A DNA stretch of 64,000 bases from Azolla caroliniana (Eukaryota > Plantae > Polypodiophyta): positions 3,038,001 through 3,102,000 of the forward strand of contig JBHGNT010000010.1 in the NCBI GenBank assembly GCA_043228905.1, read 5' to 3'. A model generated the notes under the pieces. It did not search any database and was not told the DNA's origin. It saw nothing but the letters and a program-made list of their open reading frames with translations. Shown one piece after another: positions 21,542 to 36,383 of this stretch (positions within the stretch are counted from its first letter, which is position 1; every line of letters starts with the position of its first letter). The translations under genes were made by a program, and so were the position numbers.

Positions 21542-24500
21542 ATCAACACTCATTGTTGTTCCATTGTAGTACACAAAGTTTATGCACATACAAACACCAA
21601 CAACAACACAACTCGTAAATATGCATTTTGGGATCTACAAGTTTTAACTTATTCCCAATAATGTAACCTAAATGTTTAGACAATAAATCATATAACGTTT
21701 AATCTCATGCTAAGAATGGGCACATATGAAATGCATTGTCACATAAATTGAGATGTGTGCATGCATGCGGAGTTGATAATGGCAAAACTATATCATATTG
21801 ATACTATACAAACTCGTAAGAATTATATAAGCAAATGTGAAGCCTAGATACCCCCATAAGCATTAAATCTAACTTTTGAGCACTTTCCATTGATCAAAGT
21901 TGAAACCAAGATCCTACTAATATGTAAGAGTTTTTATTTTTTATTATTATTAGCCTTGTTTGGATCTTATCAAGTACAAAAATGATGAGATCAATGGTCA
22001 TGCTAGAAATTATACATACTCATCATGGCAATTTATCAACTCATAAATCACTTGATAGTGAATGAATAATAAGTAGAAAGGAGACCATAAACGAAAAGTT
22101 GATACACTAAGGTAAAGCAATAATGCAATCAATACATACATGCACAAGCAGATTTGGGCTCAACTTGTAGCCTACCTATCACAAGAATCAAGAACCCCCA
22201 TACATGAACACTAATTTACTAATTATCTTTTTGGGAAAAACAAACACTAATACTGACTATATGTTGGATCCTTGGGATTAAGTTTGTCATGCGTGTAGGT
22301 TGTAACAAAGTCATTATAATGTTGATTATTCTTATATTGCTTCACTAAATGTTGTTTTATTGTTGATTATAGTGTTGGCGCACACTTTGTTTATGGGGAC
22401 ATTATTTATATCAATTCTTATTCTAGACATGCCAGGTGTGCAAAATGATATAATCCTTTGGAATTAGTGTGAAATGACAAAGGAAGAACAAGAACGAAAA
22501 CCTTAAGAATCACTAAGTTGGCTTTGTAGGGCAAGGGTAAAGGCAAAGGTGTTCATCGTGAGAATAAAGCATCTTAGAGATTAGATGACTACCATCAAAT
22601 GTTGAAACTAGGGATGAAGTTAGCAAGGTGTATCTCCACTCTACATTTGAAGTATGATGTTTGCTATATTGACCATTCAAGCGAGCAATCCATCACTTTT
22701 ATTCAAGATACTTGAAATGGTGCCTAAGGAGGAAGAGATGGGGACATATAAACAATGAAAGAAGCCAAACCTTCAGGGACACATGACATATGGCACGAGC
22801 ACATGAGAGTTTGAGGGAAAAGAAGAAAATATGGTTCTTTTTACTTTCTTTAGTTATTGAAACTTCCCATTTCCTTGGACACCACACCACCAACAAACAT
22901 AGTGATGAATATCATCATTACTTTTATGATTATTCTCTCTACAATCCCAATTAGTAGTGTACATTGTGTGCCAATTAGATTTTTGTATCTTTAATTATGA
23001 CGCTAATTATTGCTCAATATGTCACTATTTATCGTATTTCTTGTAGTCATGGTATTGGATCTTATTAGGTCTTGAGGAATTAGGCCCAACCTTCTTATGT
23101 GTGTTACCAAACTCCAATATCTAATGTTAAAGTGCAAGGCTAATCTACAACAAGCTTAAGAGGATGAACATTGAAATACTTGGTCAAGAAATGACACACA
23201 CAAGAGAAGAAGAGAGATAAAAGATTTATCAAACATTGAGAAGAAGGGGAAGAGTTTGGATTATGTGGGAGCTAAATTGCTTGAAGATATCCCCCATATG
23301 GTCACTCATCATCCTAGATAAGCTTCTAAAATAACTTTGTAACTTTAAAAGAGGAGGCTTGGAGGCTTAGAGGTTTTGTGGCACATAGTTCATCCTCTAG
23401 AAAGAATCATATTGATGATCTTATGATTGAAAGTTGGTAATGGAAGTTGATCGATGAGAAGAAACCATTGGCATAACAATGAAGATTGGGGGGAATCTCC
23501 ACTACTTATCAATCAATGTCAATAATCTCACTCCATATCTCACTCCTTCTAATGGATAACATACATCATTTATAAAGTAAATTTATATTTTAATAAATAT
23601 TTAAAAAACGACTCCCAAAACATCAAGCCATTTCCGTCATGGTTTGAAGCTAGATAAACTACAAAACCATAAAGCCAATAAAAGGCTAAACCTAAACTAA
23701 ACCAAACCCTTGAACTCCCAAGTGACACCAAATTGTTCATAAGTATTTAACCAACACCAAACTAAACGGATTAAATCGTTAAATTAAGATTTTGTGGTTT
23801 CGTTGTCGTGATGTGGCATGGCCAAAGGTAGAAAGTGGGAAAAGGAAATGTAGAAGCATATGGAGGAAAAGGGAAGAAGTGTGAAAATGAGTGAAAAGAA
23901 AAAGAGTGTAATAGTTTGTGTAGATATATCTAAGAAAATATTAAGATTTGTCAACACAACGTGAATGAAGGAATAGAGCATTAAATGCAAATTGAGCACC
24001 CTCTTCATATAAAAGGAATATAAAAGGAGGAAAAGAGACATTCTTCTTCTACTTTTGCATTTGCTAGTTCATTTTTTTAGTGTTTTGGGTCTTCTTTTTC
24101 TTTTGGGTTTTTGGCGTTTTTGGGCACTCGTCTCCATCTCTTTGTCTTCTTCGTCTTTTGAGCTTAGGACCTCAAGGCTTCAAGGAGAGGTTTCGTAAGC
24201 CCATGCACCAATTGTTCGAAGGGAATACGGAGTGGCCTGAGAACTCTACTCCGACTTGTGGCCTCGTAGCCATATGTGGCAGCTACGGTCTCGACAACCC
24301 ACCCGATTTACCATCACTAGGAGCTTCAATCCTCCTCTCCTACCTTTCTTTCCGTATTTGTTACTTAATTATTGGTTAGCGTTGTGACTATCCTTCTAAT
24401 CGTCCACTCGAACTGTTGTACATACACACTAAGCTATAAATGGTTTGCTTCTTTAATCAAAACATTCTTGACCTAAACAAGTCTCTTTGTTATTAAACTT

Positions 24501-25269
24501 GTTTGTCTATCCTTACTTTTAAGTTTGTTACGTTAATCACTTGTTTCTACACTAACCTCGTGCGTTAATCGTCAGCCTACCTACAAGAGAGAGGGATGGA
24601 GGAAAGTGAAGGACACCACTTTCCTTTCGACTTTGGTCTCCCTTCGACTCTGCTCACTCTTCAACTCTATGCTCCCTTCGACTCTGAGGATCTTTCGAGT
24701 CTACTCACCCTTCAACCATAAGGATCTTTTGAGTCTAGGGATCTTTCAACTCTTGAGAGCTTTCGACTCTAGAGAACCTTCGACTCTAATGAGCTTCAGA
24801 GTTTGAGGAACGCCTTCTTAACATTGTGTCCTCCCTAGTCCCAGAGTCATATGGTCCTGCTCGAGTAGCACATGCACATGCGTTTACGCGACACCGTTCA
24901 ACTCAAACCAAACAGTTGTTGATTCTTAATTGGGAAAATTTCAATATCCTCAGAACATCTCAATATCCTAGTTGTTGATTCCTCAAAACATCTCAATATC
25001 TCTAATTCCAAGGCATGGACTTCTCAATCATTTCCAAGGTCAAGTTGGTTGGATTTTGAGAGCTTTGGTGTCACCTTCGTTGCCCCTACACAACCGAACG
25101 ACATCTTCCTCCCCTACAGACATTATTGAATGTCAAAGCGAAGAGTCAACTTGTCCTTGTAATTCTCTTCTCTATTCTTAATAATAGATTTCGTTAGCAA
25201 AAATTAGGGAAGTTACAATATACAAAAGAAAGAGGGAGGGAGATTACGTTAAGGAAGTATCTACTCAGC

Positions 25270-26370
25270 TATGGAGGTACCGTCGACATCAACGCCCCGA
25301 GTGCAATCTAGTGCATCAGCTCTTAACCCAATCTCTGTTTAGGGAACTTTAGACATCAGCCTAGCACTAGAGGATAAAGTGACTATTATGCAAGAGGTGG
25401 TTCGTCTTCAGGTTGTCAGTAGTGGTACATGTTCTGAGAAGCTGACCGAGCAAAGGGGATCTTCGACATTTGTTAAAGGCTTCTATCCAATCATATTTGC
25501 AAAAACTTATTGACATTCAGATATTAGGATGTGGTTGCAATCAATTGGAATTCGAGAATGGCAAATCGGTTTCGCATCTCTTGTCTTTGGGCTCGGCGGA
25601 TCTTAAGCGTGCCTTGGCGATGTTTTATCCTTGGCGGCATGGATTTAATACAGCTGCACTACATGAGGATTCGGCCGCTACGTTCACTTTTATGGAAGTT
25701 TTCCTAGGTTTGGAGGAAGAATGGAGGAAGATATTGCCTAAATTAGGTGCATCTATTGGTAAGGACTTGGCATTTCAGTCACAGACTATGAAGGAGGTTT
25801 TGGAAGGAGGAGCTCCATCAGTGAAATTGTTATGTAGGAAGGGAGATAAATTGACATAATGGATTCGATTGCCAAAATTAGATGGAAATGCTTTTCAAAA
25901 AATTTAGAAAGTTGTATATTATGGTTTATCAAATCAATGTTATAGGTATAAGGAAATAGGTCATCTTGCCAAAGCATGTCCATCGGAACAAGATATTACC
26001 TCGTCTGGTGAAGGTCTAGCTCAAAAATCTTTGGAATGGCAGACCGTGAATAGTTAGTTAGCATTTCGAGGAAAGAAAAAAAATTATTTGCCTTAAAGAA
26101 TTTATGATAATCCTTTGCAACATTTTCCGCTTTTGAATATAGTTTCGGGGGTTGAGGAAGCGCATTACAAGCCTTTACCTACTATTGCATTGGATGACGT
26201 TCATACTCTGCAAGCTAGTATGATTCGGGAGAGTGCTCCTTGTGAGGAGGTTGTGACTATGAGTAAATCTTCAAAGGTTCAAAAGTTGGTGCAACATTTA
26301 GAGAATCAATCAAACATGCAAATATGTCCTTTTAAGCCAGAAATTCAGCAAATTTCTATATCTAAGGACG
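25270..26370 (+). mobile_element. Decayed L1-type ORF1 remnant
   Basis: Zinc knuckle NQCYRYKEIGHLAKACP at ~25932-25982 preceded by a DUF4283-like region (YPWRHGFN..FLGL.EEW..IGK). Confidence 0.6.
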
Positions 26371-27607
26371 TCGTTCTCAGTCAGCCAAATTGTGGAGCAA
26401 GGCATGCAAGTTTAATTTAACCAAGGCGGTTGCTTCATCGAAAAAGAGGATTGACTCACCGCTCGCAGTCAAAGGGAAGGTGCAATGATCATTCTCGATT
26501 TGCATGAGATGCAATCGCCCATGCTTGCAAAAGGCACCAAAGGCGACACAGACATAGAGTTGTGGCACAAGAGGATTGGCCACATCAATCTCAATAAACT
26601 CAAGGCAATGCAATCGAAAGGAGTCGTCATCGGGATCCCGACTTTCAAAGAGAAGGAGATTGAAGGCGTATGTGCAGCCTGTCAATTCGGCAAGCAATAC
26701 CGACACCTGTTCCCAAAAGAGAGGAATGTGAGCAAAGGAGTGCTCGACGTAATTTCCGATGTATGGGAACCAAGCTCAAACGGCACCATTAGGAGGATGC
26801 CTATACTATGTCACCTTAATCGACAACTTCTCCAGGCATACATGGATCTTCCACATGCGACAGAAGAGTGAAGTGTTCTCACACTTCCAAAAATTCAAGA
26901 GTGGAGTCAAAAAGGAAACAGGCAGACATGTACGATGTCTTCAATCGAACGGAGGGAGTACTTCTCCGACGAATTTTTGGCGTTTCTCCGGAAAGAAGGA
27001 ATTCAGACAGAGTTTTCATGTTGACACACACCGCAAAAAAACGGAGTAGCCAAACGAAAAAATCGACACATCCTCAAAGTACCACGGGCCATGACGAACA
27101 AAAAGAATATGCCAAAGTCATATTTGGGCCGAAGCAGCAAATATTGTCGTCTACCTCATGAACCGGTGCACAACATCTGGTGTGCACGAGGTTACCCCGC
27201 ACGAAAAGTACTATGGAAACAAAGTCAGATGCGTGTGACACGGGTGTGAACAATTGCACGTCTTTTGTACAAAAACATGTAAATAGCATAGTAAGGATAG
27301 GGTTTTCGTGATTACTAGGAAAGAACGATTCGATAGGTACTTTAGTACCACACGGAGGGCCAGAATCGAGGGGAGATCTGTGAGAAAACCAATTATCATA
27401 AAGACAATGTAATGGTCTTCCCTTGTCCTACAAAAGGGGAGGCCCTGAACTATTTTAGAGATCATGGATTGGGGAGGACGAAGCTCTGCCCATTGAAGTG
27501 CCAAAGCTCTCTCCTCTCTCTGTATTGTGCTCTATACTATGGAAGAAGAAGGTGAATCCTCTGCTCGCACTGGAAGCCCGCGTGCACCCGACCAGAGGAT
27601 TATCATT

Positions 27608-27610
<3 letters not shown>

Positions 27611-27670
<60 letters not shown>
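27611..27670. repeat. (TG)25 then (CG)n microsatellite in the 5' LTR
   Basis: Direct reading. Confidence 0.95.
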
Positions 27671-27672
<2 letters not shown>

Positions 27673-30600
27673 TGCTTAGCTCAGAGCTCCTCCCCCAGTT
27701 GTGCCCGGTTGCACACATTGCGTGTTCTACGCTTAAACGAATCGAGACTCATTGTTCTGTCTCTGTGTTCTTTTTCTCATCTTTTCTGTTCTATTCTATT
27801 CTGTTTGGTTCTGTGTCTGTTTGTGTCCGAGCGATGTTAAGATCTTCCGAGGTCATGTGCAAGTGGAGACAGTCGGTTGGCTCCACTTCCCTTTTTCTTC
27901 CTCTATGTTCGGCTCCTTGGTTCAAGACCCCAGTGGTCCAGCCCCACTTCTACGCATACGCGCGGAAAAGCGTGACATCTTTGGTGAACCTGACGTGAAT
28001 CCGAAGATGAGAGGAAGTTAACTCGTTGAAGCAATGGTCGTGGTTGTAGACCACCTAGTTAACGCTCGACGTCCTTGATAGGGCCATAGAAGCAACGGTC
28101 GACAAGATAGGCCGGTTTAATGGGAAAGACGCAACAAGCTACCTGGAGGCCTATAGGGCCCAAATGTTGATGAGGAATATTCCAGAGGACAGACGATTGT
28201 CCGAATTTCCTCGGGCCGTAATGCCGAGCATCCATGCGAAGGTGCTGGAAGTGCAAGCGGAATGTCGTAATTGGGCAGACTTCGAGAGGCTGTTGCTCGA
28301 GAAGTACGGCTTCGATGATTCTCTACAGTTGTCGAAGAAAGATTTCATGGATTAGGTCAAGAGCCTCGGCAAAGGCCGGAACGCATCAACGCTCGTTTAG
28401 GAGTTCGAGACGCGATTCACGCGACTCTCAACACTAGACCGGACCGTGCTTGATACGAGCAAGGTTTTGCTATTTATTAAGTCGGTTGACTTGCTTGATT
28501 GCGATAACATGGGTCTCCTCTTACAGACGGATGAAGGGCTCACGGTTGATTGGGCCGCGGTTAAAGGAGTATGCAGCCGTATCGACAAATGGCGAGACTC
28601 GAAAAATGAGGAGCCATCAACAATTGGTCCCACTGCAGAGACAAGGGTTGAGTTGGCACCAACCGGATGGAGGAAACGAGAAGGTGGCTCAAGTTGGGTC
28701 AGGTTCCTACCACCGTGATCATGGGACCATCCAAGGGCACGGCTCTAGAGGAGCTGACGAAGATGGTGCATGATCTCAAGATCGCTCAGGCCTAGGGATG
28801 GCGGAGGTCAATCGCGCGACTGACAATCGCCAGTTGACCAAATGTGTATATGGTGTGATGTTGTTGGCCATGCCCAGAAAGAAGCTGAAGAAGGAGGAAG
28901 TGGACCGCGTAGAGAGACAGTTTCGCGGAATCACCGGATGGAGTGATCCGGTAGAGGAGAAGACCGGCTTTGTAGAAACCGTGTGCTAGAACTACGAGGT
29001 TCTGGTCGACGACAAGCGGGCCGGAGAGGCCAGAGGGGCAAGCCCTTCGGAGAGGTACGACACCCGGAGCGGACCCAAGAGAAGTGATTCACAAGAGAAG
29101 GAAAAGGGGAAATTCTCAAGCTTCTGATTTACCTCAGAGATAGAGAAACGACGGACCTACGGAAGGTCCTAGAGGAGCAAATCCTTGATAGTCGCATGGA
29201 ACTCACATTGCGAGAAGTGCTAGGAATAGGAAAGAAAAAGTTCCATGACAGCATCACCGATCTTGTAAAGAGAAAACGGTTTGCAACAAAGCTAGAACCG
29301 GAGAAACCGGTCGAAGTAAGGGCAGCACTGCTCGACGATTTGGCTGTGGAAGATGTGTTTACCGAGAGCCACTAAATGAAGCTGCACTGGGCAAGGGCGA
29401 CAATGGAGACCCTGGTTCGGATCGGGGATGTGAAGGAACCGGTGGTGGCATTGATTGACCATGGATCGGAAATTAACCTAATGTCCATGGACTTTTATAA
29501 GAAGGGAAAATGGTCGATCAACACCAAGCATGGGTGGGAGATACTCGCGGCTAAGCGAGCCACAGAGGAGTTGCACGGAGCATGCCCAAATGTCTGTGTA
29601 AGGGTTGATGACGTCGAGATAGACCAACACTTCTTTCTGCAAGAAACATCCTCCCATCAAGTCATCCTCGGAGAACCCTACATCACTGCGGCTCAAATGG
29701 AGACCAAGGTGTTGGACAACGGCTCAACCTACGCGAGGGTGAAGAGCCAGGACGGACGACACTCCGTCCAATTTCTGGCTTTTCACCCAAACCACGAGCG
29801 TAATCGCGATACTCTCGGCAGCGATAGCCGAGAGGATTTTTGAAGAGGGCTATCAAGGTGTGGGGTTGCAATAGTATGGACAACTGAAACAAACCCCACA
29901 CTTGTACCATAGGTAGGAAAATTTTGTTCTCCGACAATAGAGGTTGTACTATAGCCGGCATTGGTGGCCAAGACAAGAAGCGAGTCGAAGGGCGCTTGAA
30001 GGCGTGCGGAGCCTTGGGGCCCGATGAGGAGATCGGCGATGCCGTGGAGGTGGTCTCCTTCAATGACACCCTTTGGGAGATCAAGAGGGTAATCGACGAG
30101 GATCTAAGCGAAGAATTCAGTTGAGATGTACGAAGTCATCACGGACTTTGAGAGAGAGATTGGGGCGGACCGGACCTCCCGTGTGGACACAAAGTATACA
30201 AGATTGTGGACCGAAAGGTGAGGCCAGTTGCGGCTCCCTTGCCGGAGGACAGCTAGGACCGAATGAAAGGGGTCGCTACCGACCCAAGTATATGAGATCC
30301 GGCCAGCATAGGACACCGGTTCATCGACAAGACGCTACGAGAGCTGAAGATCAGTGGGGGTGGCTTCCTACTGCCAATGGAAGAGGACTGGTTTCAGTGA
30401 ATGCTCGAGAGGCACGGGAAAGCCTTCACATTCTTATCTGGGGAGATCGGATGCGTCGACCCAAGTATTGTAGAACCAATGGTGATCTTCACAGTATCGC
30501 ATGTGTTGTGGAGTCTGAAGCCGATTCCTGTACCAAGGGCTCACATCCCGAAATTGATGGAGCTACTTAAGCAGAAAGTGGATATGGGTATCCTCGAACC

Positions 30601-31634
30601 GTCGACTGCCCCTTATTCAAATTTGTGGTTTACGGTGCCAAAGAAGAAAGGTTCACTGCACTTCATTCAGGACCTGCAACCGATCAACAAAGTGATCATT
30701 CGAAATGCAAGAGTTGGACCGACGATTGAAGAGTTCGCGGAGGCCTTCGCCGGAAGGTCCATATAATCAGTCGGGGACTTATACTCGGGGTACGACCAGT
30801 TCCACCTAGCCATCAAAAGCAAGGACATCACGACGATGTAAACCCCTCTTGGCCTAGTTCGGATCTGTACCCTACCGCAAGGAGGGACCAATTTGGTGGT
30901 GCACATGGTGAATACGATTAACAAAGTGTTGAGGGACTGCATCCCGGGCATCACCATGCCATTCCTGGATGACATTCCAATCAAGGGATGTCTGGAGGAC
31001 GCGAAGGACGAATCGATCGGAACAAACGGATGTCGTAGGTTTTTCACGGACCACATCACCGACTGCGAGAAGATACTGCAGAGGCTCGAGGACGCTCGGT
31101 TTACCTTCTTCGGGGAGAAGTCGACTTTCGAACAACCGGTGATCCTAGTGGTTGGCCACCTGTGCGGTCCATATGGCCGGAAACCATCCACGGCAAAGGT
31201 AGAAGCTAACTCGGCTATGAAGGAAAAATGTGGGTCGGTAACCGAAGTCCGATGATTCTTGGGGGCGTGCCCCTTCTACCACATTGGGATTCCGCACTAC
31301 GCCCATATCGTCGAGCCACTCTATGGCTTCCTGAAGAAAGAACGGAAATTTAAATGGGGCATAGAACACGCGGAAGCAGTCCAAAGACTAAAGGAGATGT
31401 TGATTGTCACGGACACACCAAGCGTGGACTAGGACAGAGCACAAGGCTAGAAGACAGAGAGAGCTAGAACTAACAAGGCTAGAAATGAGACAAAGATAAA
31501 GATCAATGAGACAAGACGGGGTGAAACGAGAATACTAGATTGATGTGTCAATGACTGGTGTTGAATCCCTTGAAAGTGTTGGGAGACAGGTCCCTCCGGA
31601 TGGGAAGGGAGAAGAATAATGCCGATGAACTGTA

Positions 31635-31850
31635 TGAGGAGTACCCGGCTACGGAGAGCCGGATGGTGCAGGCCCAGTATGAACCGGATGAGTACCCGGC
31701 TACGGAGAGCCGGATGGTGCAAGCCCGATATGAACCGGATGAGGAGTACCCGGCTACAGAGAGCCGGATGGTGCAGGCCCGGTATGAACCGGATGAGGAG
31801 TACCCGGCTACGGAGAGCCGGATGGTGCAGGCCCGATATGAACCGGAGGA
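31635..31850 (+). repeat. 54-bp tandem repeat (4 units) in U3 of the 5' LTR
   Basis: GAGGAGTACCCGGCTACGGAGAGCCGGATGGTGCAGGCCCGGTATGAACCGGAT unit. Confidence 0.92.
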
Positions 31851-32337
31851 AGAGACATATTTGTAAATATGTTTCTGAGAGCCCATTGTGGCTATATTTG
31901 TAAATAGCCGAAAAGTCATATTAGTATAAATATGACTTAGGGCAAACTAATATTTGTGGTTGTTACTTTTCTTGTTGGTGCAAGAAGAAGTGAGAGCACG
32001 TAATAGTGTACAGAGAGAGAGAGAGAAAGAAAGAGGTCGTTGCCTCTGTTGTAACCGCCGCCTGTGGCGAAGAGCGTGAGTCCGAGGTCGTTGCCTCCGA
32101 GAACTCACTGTTATGTACATTCATACACAGTGACAGTTTGCAGCCTGTGGGCTGCCGTGGTTTTTCCCCTAGTTTGGGGTTTTCCACGTAAACCTCCTGT
32201 GTATTCTCTCCTTCTTTGTGTCGCGTTTTATTTCCCATTTTTCTGTGTATCATTCTAAGCTCGGTTGTGGCCAAGCGTTGCGCATAAGGAACGTCCAGTT
32301 CCCGTCAAGTGGTATCAGAGCGAAATTGACACAGAAA

Positions 32338-35300
32338 ATGGACGAATCGTTTGGCGGCATGTTCAAGCTCACCGGCTCCAACTATTCAATGTGGAAGTCG
32401 AAGATGAGGGACATGCTCGTTGTTAAAGACCTCTGGCTGCCGGTTCAGTTCGGGGACAAGAGACCGGACAAAATCGACGCCGCGATATGGGAGGTGATGC
32501 ACATGAAGACAACGGCATACATATGGTGCTTCATCGACATGAGCCTATACAACAACTTCAATGAAGAGAGCAAGGCTCATGAGCTCTGGGAGAAGATCGA
32601 CATAATGTTCCAGAACAAAAATGTTGTCAATCAGGTGTCGGTATTCCGGAAGCTAGTAAGACTCCGGTACCAAGATGGCTCCAGTATGGCGGAGCACATG
32701 AATGCCTTCCAGGGGCTGATACACCAGGCAACATCATTGGAAGTACCTCTGGCCGATGAGGTACTAGCGCTGCTCCTGCTCGGTTCCCTCCCGGATAGCT
32801 GGGAGACGCTGGTTGTCACTTTGGGCAACGCCGGGCCGGAAGGAAAACGGTTATCCCTAGCAAGAGTAAAGTCGAGCTTGCTAGATGAGGAGGCGCGTCG
32901 GAAAGACAAAGATACGAGCTCCGACTCCAAAGCGCTTCTTACCGAATCGGAACGCGGAAGACAAAGAAACCGTAGTCCCCAGAACCGGGAGAAGTCGGGG
33001 ACACGGTCAAAGTCAAGGGGGAGGCCTACTTGCTTCTATTGCGGCAAGCCGGGACACTTCCAAAAGAACTGTCGGAATTTCCGTAAAGACAAGGAAACCG
33101 ACGGTACCGATTCGAAGCAAACCCCGGACCGGAACAGTAAAGACCGGAACGGTAAAGACCGGAAGGGAACGACGGCAATCGCGGCAAGTGAAGAAGAGTT
33201 GATGCTCATCACCGAGGAGAGTGAAATAAACCTTGCCGGCGACGAGATGACCTAGGTGGTAGACTCCGGAGCGTCGTTCCACCTTACCCCGGACCAGAAA
33301 TGCTTCTCATCCTACTCAACCGGTGATCACGGCTGTGTCCGGATGGGGAATGAAGGTACATGCCGAATTGTCGGCATGGGAGACGTGTGGCTGACAACAC
33401 CAACCGGATGCAAGATGCTGCTGAAGGATGTCCAACACGTTCCGGAAGTTCGTCTGAACCTGATATCAGCCGGTCGGCTAGATGATGAAGGCTACACGGG
33501 TAGCATCCGGAATGGTGTCATGAAGTTCAGCAAAGGGAGCCTGATTGTGGCTCGGGCCCGGAAGGTAAACACACTGTACCTGATGAATGCTCGGTTATGT
33601 CCGGAAGAAGTGAACGTGGCATCCGACACTACCGGTGAGCTGTGGCACAAGAGGCTGTGTCATATGAGCGAGAAGGGGATGAAGAGGCTTGCAGATGACA
33701 ACCTCATTCCAGTGAAGAACGTGCACTTGGAGAAGTGCACTGATCGTCTGGCCGGTAAGCAGAACCGGACCTCCTTCTGATCAAGGCCACCGATGAGACG
33801 TAATGCACCACTGGAGTTGGTGCATACGGATGTGTGTCAAGTAGACATGAAGTCACATGCCGAAGCGCAGTACTTCGTGACGTTCATAGATGACCACAGC
33901 CGGAAGCTGTGGGCCACACCGCTGAAGACGAAGGATCAGGTGTTATCCGTCTTCAAAGAGCTCCACGCGAGAGTGGAAAGAGAAACCGGCCAGAAGCTGA
34001 AGGCGGTTCGAGCAGATAACGGAGGAGAGTACCGGGGGCAGTTCGAGGAGTACTGCCGCTCGAAGGGAATCCGGCTCGAATTTACCGTGCCGAAGACGCC
34101 GGAACTAAACGGACTGGCCGAGAGGATGAACTGGACCATAATGGAGAGGGTCTGGAGTATGCTAGCGCATGCAAAACTACCCAAGAAGTTTTGGGCTGAG
34201 GCACTGTCGACGGCGACATATGTGATTAATAGATCACCCTCAATACCCTTGGACGGAGACACGCCACAGAGAGTGTGGACCGGTAAGGAAGTATCCTACC
34301 GGCATCTGAAGGTGTTCAGGTGTTTCGCGTACGTGCATGTAGCTAAGGACCGGAGAGGAAAGCTAGATCCAAAGACCCGACCATGCATATTCCTCGGTTA
34401 CGGTGACGATGAGTTCGGCTACCGAGTGTGGGACCCAGTCGACAAGAAGGTATTCCGGAGTGGAGATATTATCTTCATGGAGAACAAGACGCTCGCCGAC
34501 TAGGAGTCGGAGAAGAAGATAATGAACTCCGAGTCGACCGGTAAGGATAGACTCTACGATGAGCAGACCCAACCGGCAAGAGACCGGTTAGCACTCGAGG
34601 AACCAGCCGGTTACGGTGAGGATACCGAACCGGTAGAAGAAGAGGTAGAGGAAGCTGAGACCAGAACCGGCCAAGACCCCGAATCGGATTCGGATGAAGA
34701 GCAAATGGAGGAGCCGGTCACCGAAGCCCAGAGACGGAGATATCCTCTCAGAGAGAGAAGGGCCCCCCGGAGATTTCCGGATGCAGAGCATGTTCTGCTG
34801 ACCGATGAGGGGGAGCCGGAAAGCTTCGAAGAAGCGAAGGAAGACACCCACAGCCGAAAATGGTTGAGTGCCATGCAGGACAAGATGGATTCCCTGCATG
34901 AGAACCATACATACGAATTGGTGGAGTTGCCGAAAGGAAAGCGGGCACTCCGAAACAAGTGGGTGTACAAGTTGAAACCGGGAGATGCCGGCAACCCCCC
35001 GAGATACAAAGCCAGGATCGTGGTGAAGGGGTTCCAGCAGAAGAAGGGCGTGGACTTCGACAAGATATTTGCCCCGGTAGTAAAGATGACCTCCATCCGG
35101 ACGGTGTTGAGTATAGCAGCAAGCATGGACCTCGAGGTAGAGCAGCTGGACGTGAAGACAGCATTCCTTCACGGTGACCTCGAAGAGGAGATCTACATGC
35201 AGCAACCGGAAGGATTTGTGAAGAAAGGGAAGGAGCACCTGGTATGCCGGTTGAAGAAGAGCCTATACGGACTCAAGCAAGCTCCCCGGCAATGGTACCG

Positions 35301-36383
35301 AAAGTTCGACTCCTTCATGACCGATCAAGGGTACCACAAGACGCAGGCCGATCACTGCGTGTTTGTGAAGAAGTTCAAAGGAGGAGACTTCCTGATACTC
35401 CTCCTGTACGTGGATGACATGTTGATCGTCGGACAAGACCAAGTAAAAATACGGATGCTGAAGAAGGCTCTCAACTGGACCTTCTCAATGAAAGACTTGG
35501 GTCCGGCAAGACAGATGCTGGGGATGCACATCATTCGAGACCGGTTAAAGAAGCAACTATGGCTGTCACAAGAGAAGTATGTGACAAAGGTGCTTCATCG
35601 GTTCAACATGTCAGAAGCGAAACCGGTCGGATCGACACTTCCGACAAACTGCAGGTTGTCCGGTAAGCAAAGCCCGAAGACGAAAGCAGAGAAGGCAGAT
35701 ATGATGAAGATTCCATATGCCTCTGCCGTCGGGAGCTTGATGTACGCAATGGTATGTACCCGACCGGACATAGGATACGCAGTCGGAGTGGTGAGCCGGT
35801 TTATGAGCAATCCCAGCAAGGAGCACTGGAACGCGGTCAAATGGATACTCCGGTATTTGAAGGGCACTTCAAATATGTGTCTCCGATTCGGCTCCGGAAA
35901 ACCTCAACTAGACGGTTTCACCGATTCAGACATGTCGGCTGATGTGGATACCAGCCGGTCTACATCCGGGTATGTGATGACATATGCAGGGGGAGCTGTT
36001 TCGTGGCAGTCGAGGCTGCAAAAGACGGTTGCATTGTCAACCAAAGAGGTGGAGTACATGGCGGCTGTGGAAGCCGGCAAGGAAATTTTATGGATGAAGG
36101 ACTTCATCGGAGAGCTCGGTATCCGGCAAGAGGAATACCGACTCTACTGCGATAGTCAAAGTGCCATCCACCTTGCTAAGAATGCGGCCTACCATTCCCG
36201 GACGAAGCATATCCAGCGGAGGTATCACTGGATCCAGGAAAGAGTAGATGACCAGGAGTTCGCACTGACGAAGATCCACACGGCCGAGAACGGGTCAGAT
36301 ATACTGACCAAAGTGCTGACACCCGACAAGCTGGACGCATGCCGGAAGCGGATCGGACTGGTAAGACACCCATGCCGGAGTGA
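32338..36383 (+). pseudogene. Copia gag-pol with three premature stops and a terminal 1-nt deletion
   Basis: Stops at 33253 (TAG vs TGG in the intact relative), 33778 (TGA) and 34501 (TAG vs TGG); zinc knuckle, DSGA protease, integrase, YVDD RT and RNase H all present. Confidence 0.93.

Noticed and set aside
24200-24810. LTR-like segment with TTCGACTCT micro-repeats
   Set aside because: No termini, TSD or partner copy could be defined in this window.
31558-31866. ORF with EYPATESRMVQARYEPD repeats; CRISPR-like periodicity
   Set aside because: It is the 54-bp U3 tandem repeat of an LTR, with no unique spacers and no cas genes; the open frame follows from a unit length divisible by 3.
34588-35238. 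Antisense ORFs shared by both copia elements (also 46643-47200, 47440-47952)
   Set aside because: Explained by pol codon bias and high sequence identity; no independent motif.
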